Part shown: one piece after another, positions 1-9,617 of the stretch
Layout: each line of letters opens with the position of its first letter
How positions within the stretch are numbered: the first letter of the stretch is position 1
NCBI GenBank assembly: GCA_963821875.1
Contig: CAWGFE010000001.1
Coordinates: forward strand, 2,825-66,824
Length of the DNA: 64,000 bases
Source: an uncultured Alphaproteobacteria bacterium
GTDB lineage: Bacteria; Pseudomonadota; Alphaproteobacteria; CAVTAV01
Direction of reading: 5' to 3'
Notes under the pieces: generated by a model
The model's input: only the letters and a program-made list of their open reading frames with translations
The model's database searches: none
What the model was told of the DNA's origin: nothing
Translations under genes and position numbers: made by a program

Positions 1-359
1 CGCTCGACCGTGTACTTGCCGGCGAAATGCGGCACGTCGGTATAGGCTTCGCCGCCGAACACCGAGAGATAGACGATGCCCTTGACGCCGGCCTCGCGAG
101 CGACCGTCAGCGTCAGCATCGCCTGGGTCAGTTCATCGGCGACATTCGGGGCCAGAAGGAACAGCGTGCTGACGCCTTGCAGTGCCGCGCGCACCGAATC
201 CGGGTCGGCGAGATCGCCGCGAACGGCCGTCACTCCAGCGGGAAGCTGTGCCGTCTCGGGCGAGCGCGTCAGAGCGCGGACATCGGCGTTGCGGCCTTGC
301 AGATGCGCCAGCACCTGCGCCCCGATGGTGCCCGTGCTGCCTGTAACGAGAATGGTCAT
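1..359 (-). CDS. NmrA-family / atypical SDR NAD(P)-binding protein; the C-terminal part lies outside the window
   Basis: My own translation from the ATG at 359 gives MTILVTGSTGTIGAQVLAHLQGRNADVRALTRSPE...GVKGIVYLSVFGG. It has a Rossmann TGxxGxxG N-terminus and lies divergent to a LysR gene. Confidence 0.8.
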   Translation of the reverse strand, partial: MTILVTGSTGTIGAQVLAHLQGRNADVRALTRSPETAQLPAGVTAVRGDLADPDSVRAALQGVSTLFLLAPNVADELTQAMLTLTVAREAGVKGIVYLSVFGGEAYTDVPHFAGKYTVE

Positions 360-476
360 GTCGAAATCTCCTCATGGTGGTGGAAGCCGTATGGCATGGG
401 GAGGAAGATACATGTTTCATTTTCGTTTAGTAGATGCCAAAATAGAGACTATGCGTCCCAAATACGGAACACTCAG

Positions 477-1373
477 ATGGATCTTCAGGCTTTGTCCGAC
501 TTTGACCTGGTCGCGACCCATGGCGGGTTCGGCCGCGCTGCCCGTGTTTCCGGTCGTTCCAAGGCCACGCTGTCGCGCCGGGTCGCCGAACTCGAACAGA
601 ACCTCGGCGTGCGACTGATCGAGCGCGGATCGCAGAGCCTTCGATTGACGGATGAAGGACAAACGCTTCACGAGCGCACGCGCGGGCTGTTGAGTGAAAT
701 CGTGGAGGCCGGAGAGGCGGTCGTCCTTGGCGCATCGACGCCGAAAGGCAGGCTGCGGGTCAGTGCGCCGGTCGTCTTTGCACATGTGGCGCTTCCCCGG
801 ATCGGCGCCCGCTTTGCTCTTGCCTATCCGGAAGTCCAGCTCGAAATCGTTGCCGAGGACCGCAAGGTCGATCTGGTCGAGGATGGCTACGACCTGGTCA
901 TCCGGATTGATCCGTCACCTGAGGAGCGCCTCGTCGGCCGTCGCTTCCTCAACGACGAACGCCTGATCGTGGCCCCGCGGGACATGCCGCGCCCTCTGCC
1001 GAAGACGGATAACGAAGAGTGTGTTGTGAAAGCTGTCCTGCTGGGCGCCACCCCGCCGGGCGTCGTCTGGCGGATGGGTTCGGGGGCGGGAGCGGATATT
1101 GTTCTCAAGCCCGAGCCGGTCCTTCGCCTGTCATCGCTCTTGATGGTTCGCGATACCGTCCTGGCGGGTGCGGGCGCGGCCTTGCTGCCAAGGCTGCTTG
1201 TCGCTGACGACATCGAGGCGGGCCGACTTGCTTACTGGGGAACCCACACCGGCCCGTCGGTTGGAATCTGGGCGCTCCAAAGCTCGCGCCGTCTTATCGG
1301 CGCCAAGGTTCGTGCTTTCCTGGACGTGGTCGAAAAGGCATTCCCAGAGAAGATCTTCGTCCCACCGACCTGA
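477..1373 (+). CDS. LysR-family transcriptional regulator
   Basis: The in-frame ATG at 477 gives MDLQALSDFDLVATHGGFGRAARVSGRSKATLSRRVAELEQNLGVRLIERG, a LysR winged HTH, followed by a substrate-binding domain. The longer 27..1373 ORF would overlap the divergent gene. Confidence 0.9.
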   Translation: MDLQALSDFDLVATHGGFGRAARVSGRSKATLSRRVAELEQNLGVRLIERGSQSLRLTDEGQTLHERTRGLLSEIVEAGEAVVLGASTPKGRLRVSAPVVFAHVALPRIGARFALAYPEVQLEIVAEDRKVDLVEDGYDLVIRIDPSPEERLVGRRFLNDERLIVAPRDMPRPLPKTDNEECVVKAVLLGATPPGVVWRMGSGAGADIVLKPEPVLRLSSLLMVRDTVLAGAGAALLPRLLVADDIEAGRLAYWGTHTGPSVGIWALQSSRRLIGAKVRAFLDVVEKAFPEKIFVPPT

Positions 1374-1584
1374 GCGAGGGTTTGGTCACTGCGAAAACTA
1401 TGCCGCCAACCTTGGTATGGCACTCTCGACCAATCGCAGGAATCGGGTGTTGCGAGCCCCCGCAACCAATGTTTTCAAGGGTTTAGCTGAAAGGCTAAGC
1501 CCTTTATTTTTGCGGGTTGCCAGCCCCCCGGCCATCGCCCCTATGATGGCATCGAGAAACGGTTTTCATCAGGGGGAGTTTCAG

Positions 1585-1887
1585 ATGACCGCATATGTTA
1601 TCGCCAGCTACGACGTCGTCGATCCCGAGCGCTACGAGGCCTATCCGCCGGGTGTCGGGCCGCTCGTGGCGAAACACGGGGGTGAGCTTATCGTCGGCGA
1701 TTTCGACGCAAAGCCCCTTGAGGGTGAGAAGCGCGGCGTTTACGTGGTGCTGCGGTTCGAGTCCGAGGAAGCGGCGCTCAACTGGTACAACGATCCGGAC
1801 TACGCTCCAGTGAGGCAGATTCGCCTCGATTCCACCGCCAACGGCAACGCCGTGCTCGTCAAGCAATTCGTTCCGCCGAGCGCCTGA
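1585..1887 (+). CDS. DUF1330 domain protein
   Basis: MTAYVIASYDVVDPERYEAYPP...VVLRFESEEAALNWYNDPDYAPVRQIR. An RBS (agggggag) precedes the ATG at 1585. Confidence 0.85.
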   Translation: MTAYVIASYDVVDPERYEAYPPGVGPLVAKHGGELIVGDFDAKPLEGEKRGVYVVLRFESEEAALNWYNDPDYAPVRQIRLDSTANGNAVLVKQFVPPSA

Positions 1888-1919
1888 CGGGATTTCCTCG
1901 TCCGGGCCGGATAACGCGG

Positions 1920-2699
1920 TTATGCCGGCGTCGGGGAGGTCGGGGCCGCGTCGGCTGGGCGATTCCGCGCGGGGTCGGCACCGTAAAGCATCTCCCGTGC
2001 GCGGCCGACATAAACCTCGGCCGGCCAGACAAGCGCGTGGAAGCCGAAGAAGGCCGTGCCGATCGCCACGAGCATCTCACGAATTTCGGTCGGTGCGTCT
2101 TCGGGGACGAGGTTCGGAACGGGGTGCCAGGCGAAATAGTATTTTCCGTAGAGATAGGCGCCGACCCAGATGGAGCTGTAGCACCAGGGCAGGACCGGGA
2201 AATAGGCCCGCCCCAGCAGGGTTTTGCCCCATTTCGTGCGGGCGAACAGGGGAATGCCGAATCCGCCGAGCAGCATATAGATGCTGAGGCCGCGATAGGT
2301 GGTGATCCAGGGATTGTCCACCATGAACTGGAGGTTATGGACGTTGATTTCGTCCTGGGTGTTGTCCTGCGCCAGCATTTGGGGCGTGGCGATGTGAAAG
2401 ATCCGCTGGCCCCAGCTGATTTCCTCGCCCATGCAGAAAAAGGCGACGAAAGCCCAGGCAAAGGTCATGGTCCGGACCCAGCGCCCGACGCCGCTGCGCG
2501 ACACCGGCATGCGCCACGCCGCCGCGAAGAACAGCAGAGCGCCCACACCGTAACCGATCGCCGTCAGGTTCTCGATCCAGTGATCTTCCTTGGTCTGCGG
2601 CGCCAGATGATAGGGGTCGACCTCGATCCAAACGACGAAGATCGCCAGAATGACGACTGGAAGGATATAGAGAATACGTTTGACCGTGGGGCTAGGCAT
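1920..2699 (-). CDS. Hypothetical polytopic membrane protein
   Basis: 259-aa ORF with several hydrophobic segments (ILYILPVVILAIFVVW, GYGVGALLFFAAAW, TFAWAFVAFFCMG). I recognise no family. Confidence 0.65.
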   Translation of the reverse strand: MPSPTVKRILYILPVVILAIFVVWIEVDPYHLAPQTKEDHWIENLTAIGYGVGALLFFAAAWRMPVSRSGVGRWVRTMTFAWAFVAFFCMGEEISWGQRIFHIATPQMLAQDNTQDEINVHNLQFMVDNPWITTYRGLSIYMLLGGFGIPLFARTKWGKTLLGRAYFPVLPWCYSSIWVGAYLYGKYYFAWHPVPNLVPEDAPTEIREMLVAIGTAFFGFHALVWPAEVYVGRAREMLYGADPARNRPADAAPTSPTPA

Positions 2700-2833
2700 A
2701 AAGCCCTCCTGCGATGCGTTAACGGCGATTTTCCAGCGCCGGCACCTGACCCCAAACGGCCGAGATTTATTCCGTACGGATTAAGTATTCCCTAATCGGG
2801 AGCGGACGCGGGCCATCCCGGTCTCTGCCCGCT

Positions 2834-2884
2834 ACATCAACTGTTCCATGTCGACCATCATTTCCGCGGTCTGGGCGGCGGGGA
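2834..2884. repeat. Orphan copy of the last ~16 codons plus stop region of the APC permease gene; left direct repeat of the glycosylation islet
   Basis: acatcaActgttccatgtcgaccatcatttccgcggtctgggcggcgggga matches 7413-7463 at 50 of 51 positions. The one difference is a synonymous CTG/TTG change. Confidence 0.9.
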
Positions 2885-2922
2885 CAGGCCCCGCGTCGCA
2901 AAGTGACAAGCGTTTTGCGGGG

Positions 2923-3321
2923 TCAGGTCCTAAAGACGAATATTTTGCTCAGCAGGAAGAAGATCGTCGTATAGGTAGCCATGCCAAAAAGCTGCGCAAT
3001 ACCCGGCTGAACAGCCCCCGTGCGGAGCGTGACGACCACGGTGATAGCGTTTAGACTGTAGGCCACGGCGAATGCGAATAGAAAACGGCCGACGGGTTGG
3101 CCTGAAGCCTGGTCCGAGAAAGTCCAGTTCCTGTTCAGCACGAAAGAGCAAAGAAGGCCTACGGCGTAGCCTGAAGCGTTTGCTACGATCGGCGTTATGC
3201 CGAACCAATCCATGAGAGCGAAAATAACCGCGAGCCCGACGAGGGTATTAATCACACCAACAATGCCGAAGCGTACAGCCTGCTGGGCCAGTCGCCGAAC
3301 TGCCGGGTGCCGGTATATCAT
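2923..3321 (-). CDS. GtrA-family membrane protein (putative polyprenyl-phosphate-sugar flippase)
   Basis: MIYRHPAVRRLAQQAVRFGIVGVINTLVGLAVIFALMDWFG...NRNWTF is a typical GtrA-like four-TM pattern. I chose the ATG at 3321 over the GTG at 3408. Confidence 0.8.
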   Translation of the reverse strand: MIYRHPAVRRLAQQAVRFGIVGVINTLVGLAVIFALMDWFGITPIVANASGYAVGLLCSFVLNRNWTFSDQASGQPVGRFLFAFAVAYSLNAITVVVTLRTGAVQPGIAQLFGMATYTTIFFLLSKIFVFRT

Positions 3322-3493
3322 GCCTTGTATTTCGCAAGATGATGGACAACAGAGACCGTCACCGTTGAATCCGGAATGTGGGCCCTGAAGATCAAATCGG
3401 ACAGCCACGCTGGAGCAGTGATCGCCTGTATAAAAGGCGCCAGCAGACCTGTCGTCCTATCAACTTTCCCAAGAGTCTCGATGACTTTCGGAC

Positions 3494-5071
3494 TCAAGAT
3501 CCCTCTCGTCGCTTCAGCAAAATATCGTGATTGGCAACGTATAACACCTCATAGCGGTTGCCGACGTATTTCATGAGCGTCCGGAACGTCTTGGGAGCAG
3601 TCGGCGACGCTTTGAGAGGCGTGTCGATACCGTCGAGCCAGTTGCGTCCCAGGATGACGAAGACAGGCGGCTTTTCGCGAAGGTCCGTTTCTAATTGGGT
3701 GAGCCAATTTTCGTAATACGGAAAAGAGGGGGTGATCGAACCCAACGCCGGAGTATTCGTCAGCCTGATGCTCGACCGTCTTTCCGACAAGAACGGAATC
3801 TCGAAGGCGTTCGAATAAAGCACGATATAGTCACCCGGCTGGCTGCCCGCTCGGATCAGGTTGACCATCGAGCGTAGGTCTTTGGACGATGTATCACCCC
3901 AAAAAACTTCATCTATGCGTCCGGCCAAAAGGTTCTCTGCTGACGGAGCCAGGTGGGTCAGTTTCTTTGCGCAACCAGAAACGGTGATACCCAGAGCGGC
4001 AATCACCGCCGTGCCGATCAGTAGAGTGCGGCGTTTTCGCCAAATGTTAAGAAGAAAGTCGAGACAGACTGCGACAAGTAAAGTGAGAAGTGTTAAGAAT
4101 CCTCCGATGTGGTAACCGAATCCTTTATTCTGCGCCACGAAGGATATGATGATTGTTCCTGCGGCGCCTATTACAATGAGTGGCCCATAGGCGAGACCGT
4201 CACGTTTGACCCACAGAACCAGCCCGATTGATCCGAGGATGGTGAGCCAATGCCACCAACGGATGAACGCATTGAATGCGGTTGATGCCAGGCTCTGCGC
4301 AGGCGAGCCGGAGTAAGCAGACAAGGCGAATACGATCGATTTTTCATACCAGTCGCCGAGGTTTCCTTGGATGACCCCCACGGCTACGACGATACCGACG
4401 GTTGCCGAGAAGCCGGCAACGAGAAGAATTGCCCGAGTTCGTCGATTAGCGTGGCGAGGAAGGAGCGTCTGGACTGGCAGCATCTCAAGCAACAGCAAGC
4501 CCGCAAGGAAGCTCAGAAATGTGGGGCGGACAAGAACCGCCGCGGCGATCAGGACGCCCGCTATAGATGTTTGAATTTTCTCGTGAGCATAGCCTGGTGT
4601 CGCCAATGCACCGGCTGCAAGGATGATGCCTGTCGCTATTATGTCGCGTTGGCCAACCATCCATCCGCCGCCAGATACGTAGATCATCGGGTAGAGGGCA
4701 ATAAACATGAATGGTGCAGTACGAAAGCCGCTTCTCCAGATCAGGACGGCAATGGCGCCGTTAAGCATTTCCATTAAGAGAAAATCTGTCAGGCGGAATG
4801 TCCAGAAATGGACGCCAAAGAGCCAGATGCCCGCCTCATGCAGCATCATTGCGCCGGGCCAATTCATGTCGAATGAGCCGGAGTAATATGGCATGCCATG
4901 AAGGGCGAGCCAGCCTATGTAATCGAACTCTGATTGGTCCGGCGACGGGCGTACCATCATATACAACAAGCCGAGAATTGGAGCGGATACCAACCAGAAA
5001 GTCGTCAACCCGGTCTGAAGGAATTTCGCCCCGCGCCGGGACGCAATGAACGAGCCAGCCTTCGTTGTCAT
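3494..5071 (-). CDS. GT-C-fold integral membrane glycosyltransferase (ArnT/PMT/GT39-83-like)
   Basis: About 525 aa with more than 10 TM segments, an acidic first-loop motif (PSPDQSEFDYIGW) and a soluble C-terminal domain. The ATG at 5071 (MTTKAGSF) is preferred over the TTG at 5110. Confidence 0.75.
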   Translation of the reverse strand: MTTKAGSFIASRRGAKFLQTGLTTFWLVSAPILGLLYMMVRPSPDQSEFDYIGWLALHGMPYYSGSFDMNWPGAMMLHEAGIWLFGVHFWTFRLTDFLLMEMLNGAIAVLIWRSGFRTAPFMFIALYPMIYVSGGGWMVGQRDIIATGIILAAGALATPGYAHEKIQTSIAGVLIAAAVLVRPTFLSFLAGLLLLEMLPVQTLLPRHANRRTRAILLVAGFSATVGIVVAVGVIQGNLGDWYEKSIVFALSAYSGSPAQSLASTAFNAFIRWWHWLTILGSIGLVLWVKRDGLAYGPLIVIGAAGTIIISFVAQNKGFGYHIGGFLTLLTLLVAVCLDFLLNIWRKRRTLLIGTAVIAALGITVSGCAKKLTHLAPSAENLLAGRIDEVFWGDTSSKDLRSMVNLIRAGSQPGDYIVLYSNAFEIPFLSERRSSIRLTNTPALGSITPSFPYYENWLTQLETDLREKPPVFVILGRNWLDGIDTPLKASPTAPKTFRTLMKYVGNRYEVLYVANHDILLKRREGS

Positions 5072-5147
5072 GGTTGCGTCAGGCTCCCAGTGTGGGGCAG
5101 TTTGCCGCAATGCCCTTAGCCGCTCGATCGATCGGATCGTCGTTCCG

Positions 5148-6119
5148 TCATGCCAAACCTTTTGATCGCCGGTTTTCGCGCGTCAGAAAGACTGTCTGCA
5201 TCGATTGCATAGTTCGCCGGACGCCCAGCTCGAGGGACATCGGGCGCCAGTCGCGAGGCATTGATGAGGATCGAAAACTCATATCGCGGGCGTTGTGCGG
5301 GCGAGGGTCGAATTCGAGGAATAGTTTCTGCCGCAAGGTCTTTTCGACATATTGGATGAGTTCGAAAGTCGTCGTCGGACGTCCACTGGCAAGAAGCAAG
5401 ACTTGTGATATCTTTACGGGCTTCAGGACCTGCTGCGCCACGAAGCGACCGATGTCGTCCGCATGTACGTAGTCCCTGATCGTATGCATGGTGCCGAAAA
5501 TCCGGCTAACCTTGTGTCGTAAACCATTGCCGATCAACGTTGTTATGAGGCCTGCCCGCCCTGTCGGTCTGAAACCATAGACGGAGGCCGGGCGATAGAT
5601 CCGATAGACTGTCTCCTCAAGCGTCCCGCGCAGAGCGTCTTCTTGCTGAAGCTTACCCTCACCATAGGGACGCAGGGGAGCAGGAGAACTCTGGTCATCG
5701 CAATGGACGCGACCTTCGAACAAGCCACCAGCTGAACTCATCATATGGAAGCTGTGTTGCGCGGCCGGGAACCGGAGGAACAGTCGGTGGCTGATGTCGA
5801 GAATTTCTAGAAACAGTTTCGTCTCGACAGCCATTTGGTCTTGGCTACTGGAGAAACCGCTGCGCCCGGCTGCCCAGATAACATCAATAAATCGATTCGC
5901 ATCGCGGTTCGGGCCAAGCATATAGCCCGCTTCGATCTCGATTGTCTCACGCTGTACCGCACGTTCGGACGATGACGACCAATTGTAGGGAAGCCAGATC
6001 CTGCGTGCGTTCGTAAGCGATAGGAGTACTTCGCTTACTGCTCCTCCAATTAGGCCCGCGCCGAAAATCAGGGCGACGTGACCCGTTTTACCTGAGTTTT
6101 CATGCCAGCCCAGCAGCAT
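5148..6119 (-). CDS. NAD-dependent epimerase/dehydratase-family protein
   Basis: From the ATG at 6119: MLLGWHENSGKTGHVALIFGAGLIGGAV (Rossmann motif) and a YxxxK motif (PYGEGK). The start overlaps the upstream stop by 1 nt (TGATG). The 431-aa ORF-track extension overlaps the GT2 gene. Confidence 0.8.
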   Translation of the reverse strand: MLLGWHENSGKTGHVALIFGAGLIGGAVSEVLLSLTNARRIWLPYNWSSSSERAVQRETIEIEAGYMLGPNRDANRFIDVIWAAGRSGFSSSQDQMAVETKLFLEILDISHRLFLRFPAAQHSFHMMSSAGGLFEGRVHCDDQSSPAPLRPYGEGKLQQEDALRGTLEETVYRIYRPASVYGFRPTGRAGLITTLIGNGLRHKVSRIFGTMHTIRDYVHADDIGRFVAQQVLKPVKISQVLLLASGRPTTTFELIQYVEKTLRQKLFLEFDPRPHNARDMSFRSSSMPRDWRPMSLELGVRRTMQSMQTVFLTRENRRSKGLA

Positions 6120-7150
6120 CACTGTAGCTTCTCCGATAGCCAGCGCGCGGCATTCGCGTCGAGTGCGCGATCGACGGGAAAGAATGTTGGCTTGCCGTGC
6201 GCCTGGAGAACGAGTGTAGAAAGATATTGGAGGCAGATGCCCAGCATGAAGATGGACAAGCCACCAAAGAACGAAATGATCAGAACGAGGGAAGCCCATC
6301 CTTGGACGGCGATCTTCGACGGATAAAGAAGCTTCACCGCAATGAGATATGCGGATCCGAGTACGGACAAGAGCAGGACGGCGCCGCCGACCACAGCGCC
6401 GAGCCGGAGAATTTTGATGTGACTCGAAAATAGCATTCGCCATGCATGTGATAGCAATGACCTCAGTGTGTAACCACTCCGGCCAGTTCGGGTGTAGCGT
6501 TCGTCTTTAAGGTCCATCCGCACATTATCGATGCGTTGCGTGAACCATGCGAGATTGACATCGAAGTAGGTGTCGTGCGTGCAGACGCTTGATGCCGCGC
6601 GAGCGATGGTACCGCGCATGAGACGAAAGCTGTTGATATATTCGAGCTTGGGGTTGCCGGTCAGCCAGCGCATGAAGCGTTTAAAAGTCCGCGAAGTGAG
6701 ATCGCGGGTGAACGCCTTGTGAACGCCCCTCGTTGGCTGCGCATACACAACGTCGCTGCTGTTAGACAAAGCCTTGATAAGTAGGTCCGGGATCCGGGCT
6801 GGCGGGTGCTGCAGGTCTTCGTCCATGGTAACGACCCAATCACCGGAACTATGTAGGACGCCAGCGACCGTAGCCCCGTGCTGGCCAAAATTCCGCGACA
6901 GATGGAGTGCCGTCAACCAGGGCATATTGGCCGCCATCCCATCGATCACCGACGGCGATTCGTCGATCGCCGCGTCGTCGACGAGTATAAGCTCGTCCAG
7001 AGATACGGGGGCATTCTCACGCCGCCACATCTCGCGCAGTTTGGCCACGTCGTCACACAAGCGCGTAAGGTACTCCGCCCCGGAGTAGACAGGCACCACT
7101 ACGCTCACGGAGATCATCGCTGATTGGTCAGGCTCTGACGCAGCGTCCAT
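6119..7150 (-). CDS. GT2 polyprenyl-phosphate glycosyltransferase (GtrB/ArnC/DPM1-like)
   Basis: ISVSVVVPVYSGAEYL...LILVDDAAIDESP...SRNFGQHGA...TMDEDLQHPP plus two C-terminal TM helices. The start is uncertain (ATG 7150, ATG 7117 or TTG 7183). Confidence 0.85.
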   Translation of the reverse strand: MDAASEPDQSAMISVSVVVPVYSGAEYLTRLCDDVAKLREMWRRENAPVSLDELILVDDAAIDESPSVIDGMAANMPWLTALHLSRNFGQHGATVAGVLHSSGDWVVTMDEDLQHPPARIPDLLIKALSNSSDVVYAQPTRGVHKAFTRDLTSRTFKRFMRWLTGNPKLEYINSFRLMRGTIARAASSVCTHDTYFDVNLAWFTQRIDNVRMDLKDERYTRTGRSGYTLRSLLSHAWRMLFSSHIKILRLGAVVGGAVLLLSVLGSAYLIAVKLLYPSKIAVQGWASLVLIISFFGGLSIFMLGICLQYLSTLVLQAHGKPTFFPVDRALDANAARWLSEKLQ

Positions 7151-7410
7151 TTTATGCTCGGTTCCCGCCAACTCAGCCGTCAACCCGCGTCATTGCCGAC
7201 TGGCCCTAAGGTGTAATCCCGTGGATCAACAAAATGACCGCAAGACGCAACAACATTTTCGAAAGTCACTATGCCAATCTGTTCATCAGGAATGCCTATA
7301 ATACATCTTATGACTGATTGAAGTTCATTAGAAATCATGACTCTGACTTCCTCTTACTCCCATTGTCTGTGCCTTCGACAAGGTGAGCCCTGTTTCACCC
7401 TTGAGAAGGT

Positions 7411-9000
7411 TCACATCAGCTGTTCCATGTCGACCATCATTTCCGCGGTCTGGGCGGCGGGGATGGCGGAGCGGAGGGCGAGGAAGATGACGACGAGGCT
7501 CCAGAAGGCTACCGCGACGACGCCGGACCAGAAACCGAGCTCGCCATAGCCGCCGCCGATATCGCCGAGGGCGGAGAGAACCCACATGCCGCCGAACCAG
7601 GCGAACAGCCAGTCGATATTGCGCCAGCCGAAATCCTCGACAGGGTTTTTGGCGACGAAATGATAATAGACCGCGTAAAGCACGAAGCCGCCCGCGACCA
7701 GCGCGAACAGGAACGTATTCGTCGTATAGCCGGTCCAGTAGATGATCCAGTTGCTGCTGACAAAGGCGAGCGGGGCGAGGAACTCCGCGCCCTTCAGGCG
7801 GAACGGCCGGTCCAGGTCCGGCCGGTTGCGGCGCAGGACCAGCAACACGATCGGCCCCAGGCCATAGGTGAGCACCGTGATGGAAGTGATGTAGTTCACC
7901 ATCAGCTGCCAGGCCGGGAACGGCAGCAGGAACAGGACGCCCACGCCCCACATGACGAGCACCGCGAGCCAGGGCGCGCGCGCCTTGTTCAGCGAGGTGA
8001 GCCAGCGCGGGCCGGAATTCGTGTCGCCGACCGCGAAGAGGATGCGAGCCCCGCCGGTCATATACATGAGCCCGGTGCCGCCCGGCGAGATATAGGCGTC
8101 GACATAGAGCAGCGTCGCCAACCAGCCGATGCCGAGAGTCGCGGCCAGTCCGGCGAACGGGCCCGCCGCGCCGGTGAAGGTCATATGCGTCCAACCGTGC
8201 GCGAGGTCTTCGGGGCGCAGCGCCATCAGGAACGCGACCTGCAGCAGGACATAGACGAGCGCGGAAATCAGCACAGATCCGATCACGGCGATTGGAATGT
8301 GCCGTCCGGGATTGGAGCTTTCGCCGCCGAGATCGATCGCCGTGCGAAAGCCGAGAAAGCTGAACACGATGCCGGCGGCGGGCAGCGCCGTGAAGATGCC
8401 GGAGAATTTGTAGCTGTTGGGGTCCGCGTCCCAGACGTCCCAATGGGAACTCGCCGTGATCAGGACGACGATCGCCAGCAACGGCACGGCGATCTTCCAC
8501 CAGGTGACCGTCGAATTGACATGAAGCAGCTTGCGCACGGCGAGCAGATTCAAGAGCGCCAGCACGCCGAGCAGCAAGGCGCAGGTGATGAAACCCGTGG
8601 TCGTCAAAAGGTCGTTGGTGTTGGGCTGGAGGAAATAGGGCAGGTAGTTGTTGGCGTAGGTGACTATAGCCTCGGCCTCCACGGCGGGCACCGCGACATA
8701 GGCGAGAAACAGCATCCAGCCCCAGATGCGCCCCAGGCCCTGGCCATGGCTCGCATGGCTCATATGCACCAATGCGCCGCTATGCGGGAAAAGGGCGGCC
8801 AGCTCGGCGAAGCACAGGGCGATGACCATGATGATGGCGGCGCCGATGATCCAGCTCCAGACGCTCAAGGGTCCGGCGATCCGGGAAGCGTGATAGGCGC
8901 CGAACAGCCAGCCCGAGCCGATCATGCTCGTGGTGCTGGCGAATAACAGACCAATGATGCGAGCGTCACGGCTCAGCTTGCTCGGCGCGGAACCTGCCAT
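7411..9000 (-). CDS. APC-superfamily amino acid permease
   Basis: 529 aa with 12 or more TM segments: LLFASTTSMIGSGWLFGAYHA...CFAELAALFPHSGALVHM. An RBS (aggag) lies upstream of the ATG at 9000. Confidence 0.9.
   Translation of the reverse strand: MAGSAPSKLSRDARIIGLLFASTTSMIGSGWLFGAYHASRIAGPLSVWSWIIGAAIIMVIALCFAELAALFPHSGALVHMSHASHGQGLGRIWGWMLFLAYVAVPAVEAEAIVTYANNYLPYFLQPNTNDLLTTTGFITCALLLGVLALLNLLAVRKLLHVNSTVTWWKIAVPLLAIVVLITASSHWDVWDADPNSYKFSGIFTALPAAGIVFSFLGFRTAIDLGGESSNPGRHIPIAVIGSVLISALVYVLLQVAFLMALRPEDLAHGWTHMTFTGAAGPFAGLAATLGIGWLATLLYVDAYISPGGTGLMYMTGGARILFAVGDTNSGPRWLTSLNKARAPWLAVLVMWGVGVLFLLPFPAWQLMVNYITSITVLTYGLGPIVLLVLRRNRPDLDRPFRLKGAEFLAPLAFVSSNWIIYWTGYTTNTFLFALVAGGFVLYAVYYHFVAKNPVEDFGWRNIDWLFAWFGGMWVLSALGDIGGGYGELGFWSGVVAVAFWSLVVIFLALRSAIPAAQTAEMMVDMEQLM
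7413..7463. repeat. Right direct repeat, which is the authentic 3' end of the APC permease gene
   Basis: Matches 2834-2884 at 50 of 51 positions and encodes ...AAQTAEMMVDMEQLM*. Confidence 0.9.
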
Positions 9001-9276
9001 CGGTTACTCCTGTGTTTTGGTTGACCGACCCCCCGATCGGTCTCGCGGATGCGGGATTGCGACGACCCGCATCTCCCCTTGCGTCGGTGAACAGACTAAC
9101 GTCTCGCGGTCCGGCCTGCATCGAAAATGTCGTGGCTTTGGCGGGCCATGTCTCTTGTTTCATCTATTCAGCGCTGAAAAGGTCATTATTGCATCTCAAA
9201 CACCATTAATGATGCTTGAAATATCATTATGGCCGATCTAGATATGTGCTCAGATAGCTGAGGCGAGAGGTCTTGC

Positions 9277-9543
9277 ATGATTACGGCGGCGCAGATGCGG
9301 GCGGCACGGGCCCTTTTGGGGATCGAACAGAAAAAGCTGGCCGAGCTCGCTGGCGTTTCCGTGCCCACCATTCAGCGTATGGAAGCCCGCCCGGGCACTG
9401 TCCGCGGCGTGGTCGACACCCTGACCAAGGTCGTCGAGGCCCTCGATCGCGCCGGAATAGAGCTGATCGGCGACAACGCGCAGAGCCTTGCCGGCGGGCG
9501 GGGCGTTCGCCTGAAAGAGCCCCCCGCCACATCACGGAACTAG
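9277..9543 (+). CDS. Small XRE-type helix-turn-helix protein
   Basis: MITAAQMRAARALLGIEQKKLAELAGVSVPTIQRMEA is an HTH_3-like motif. An AT-rich promoter region lies upstream. Confidence 0.75.
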   Translation: MITAAQMRAARALLGIEQKKLAELAGVSVPTIQRMEARPGTVRGVVDTLTKVVEALDRAGIELIGDNAQSLAGGRGVRLKEPPATSRN

Positions 9544-9617
9544 AACAAGAGTCCAGACGCGACGGACGCCGACATTTGCCGACGATCCCGCCGCCTTAGC
9601 CAAGGCCGCCGGATATT

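Noticed and set aside
6120-6443. N-terminal extension of the epimerase ORF (the ORF track gives 5148..6443)
   Set aside because: It would overlap the 3' end of the GT2 gene by 325 nt. The Rossmann motif begins right after the internal ATG at 6119, which overlaps the GT2 stop by 1 nt (TGATG), a typical translationally coupled junction.
7328-8946. ORFs 7660..8946 (+) and 7328..8500 (-) inside the APC permease gene
   Set aside because: They lie in alternative or antisense frames of a clear 12-TM permease. Their translations are Arg/Gly/Asp/Glu-rich.
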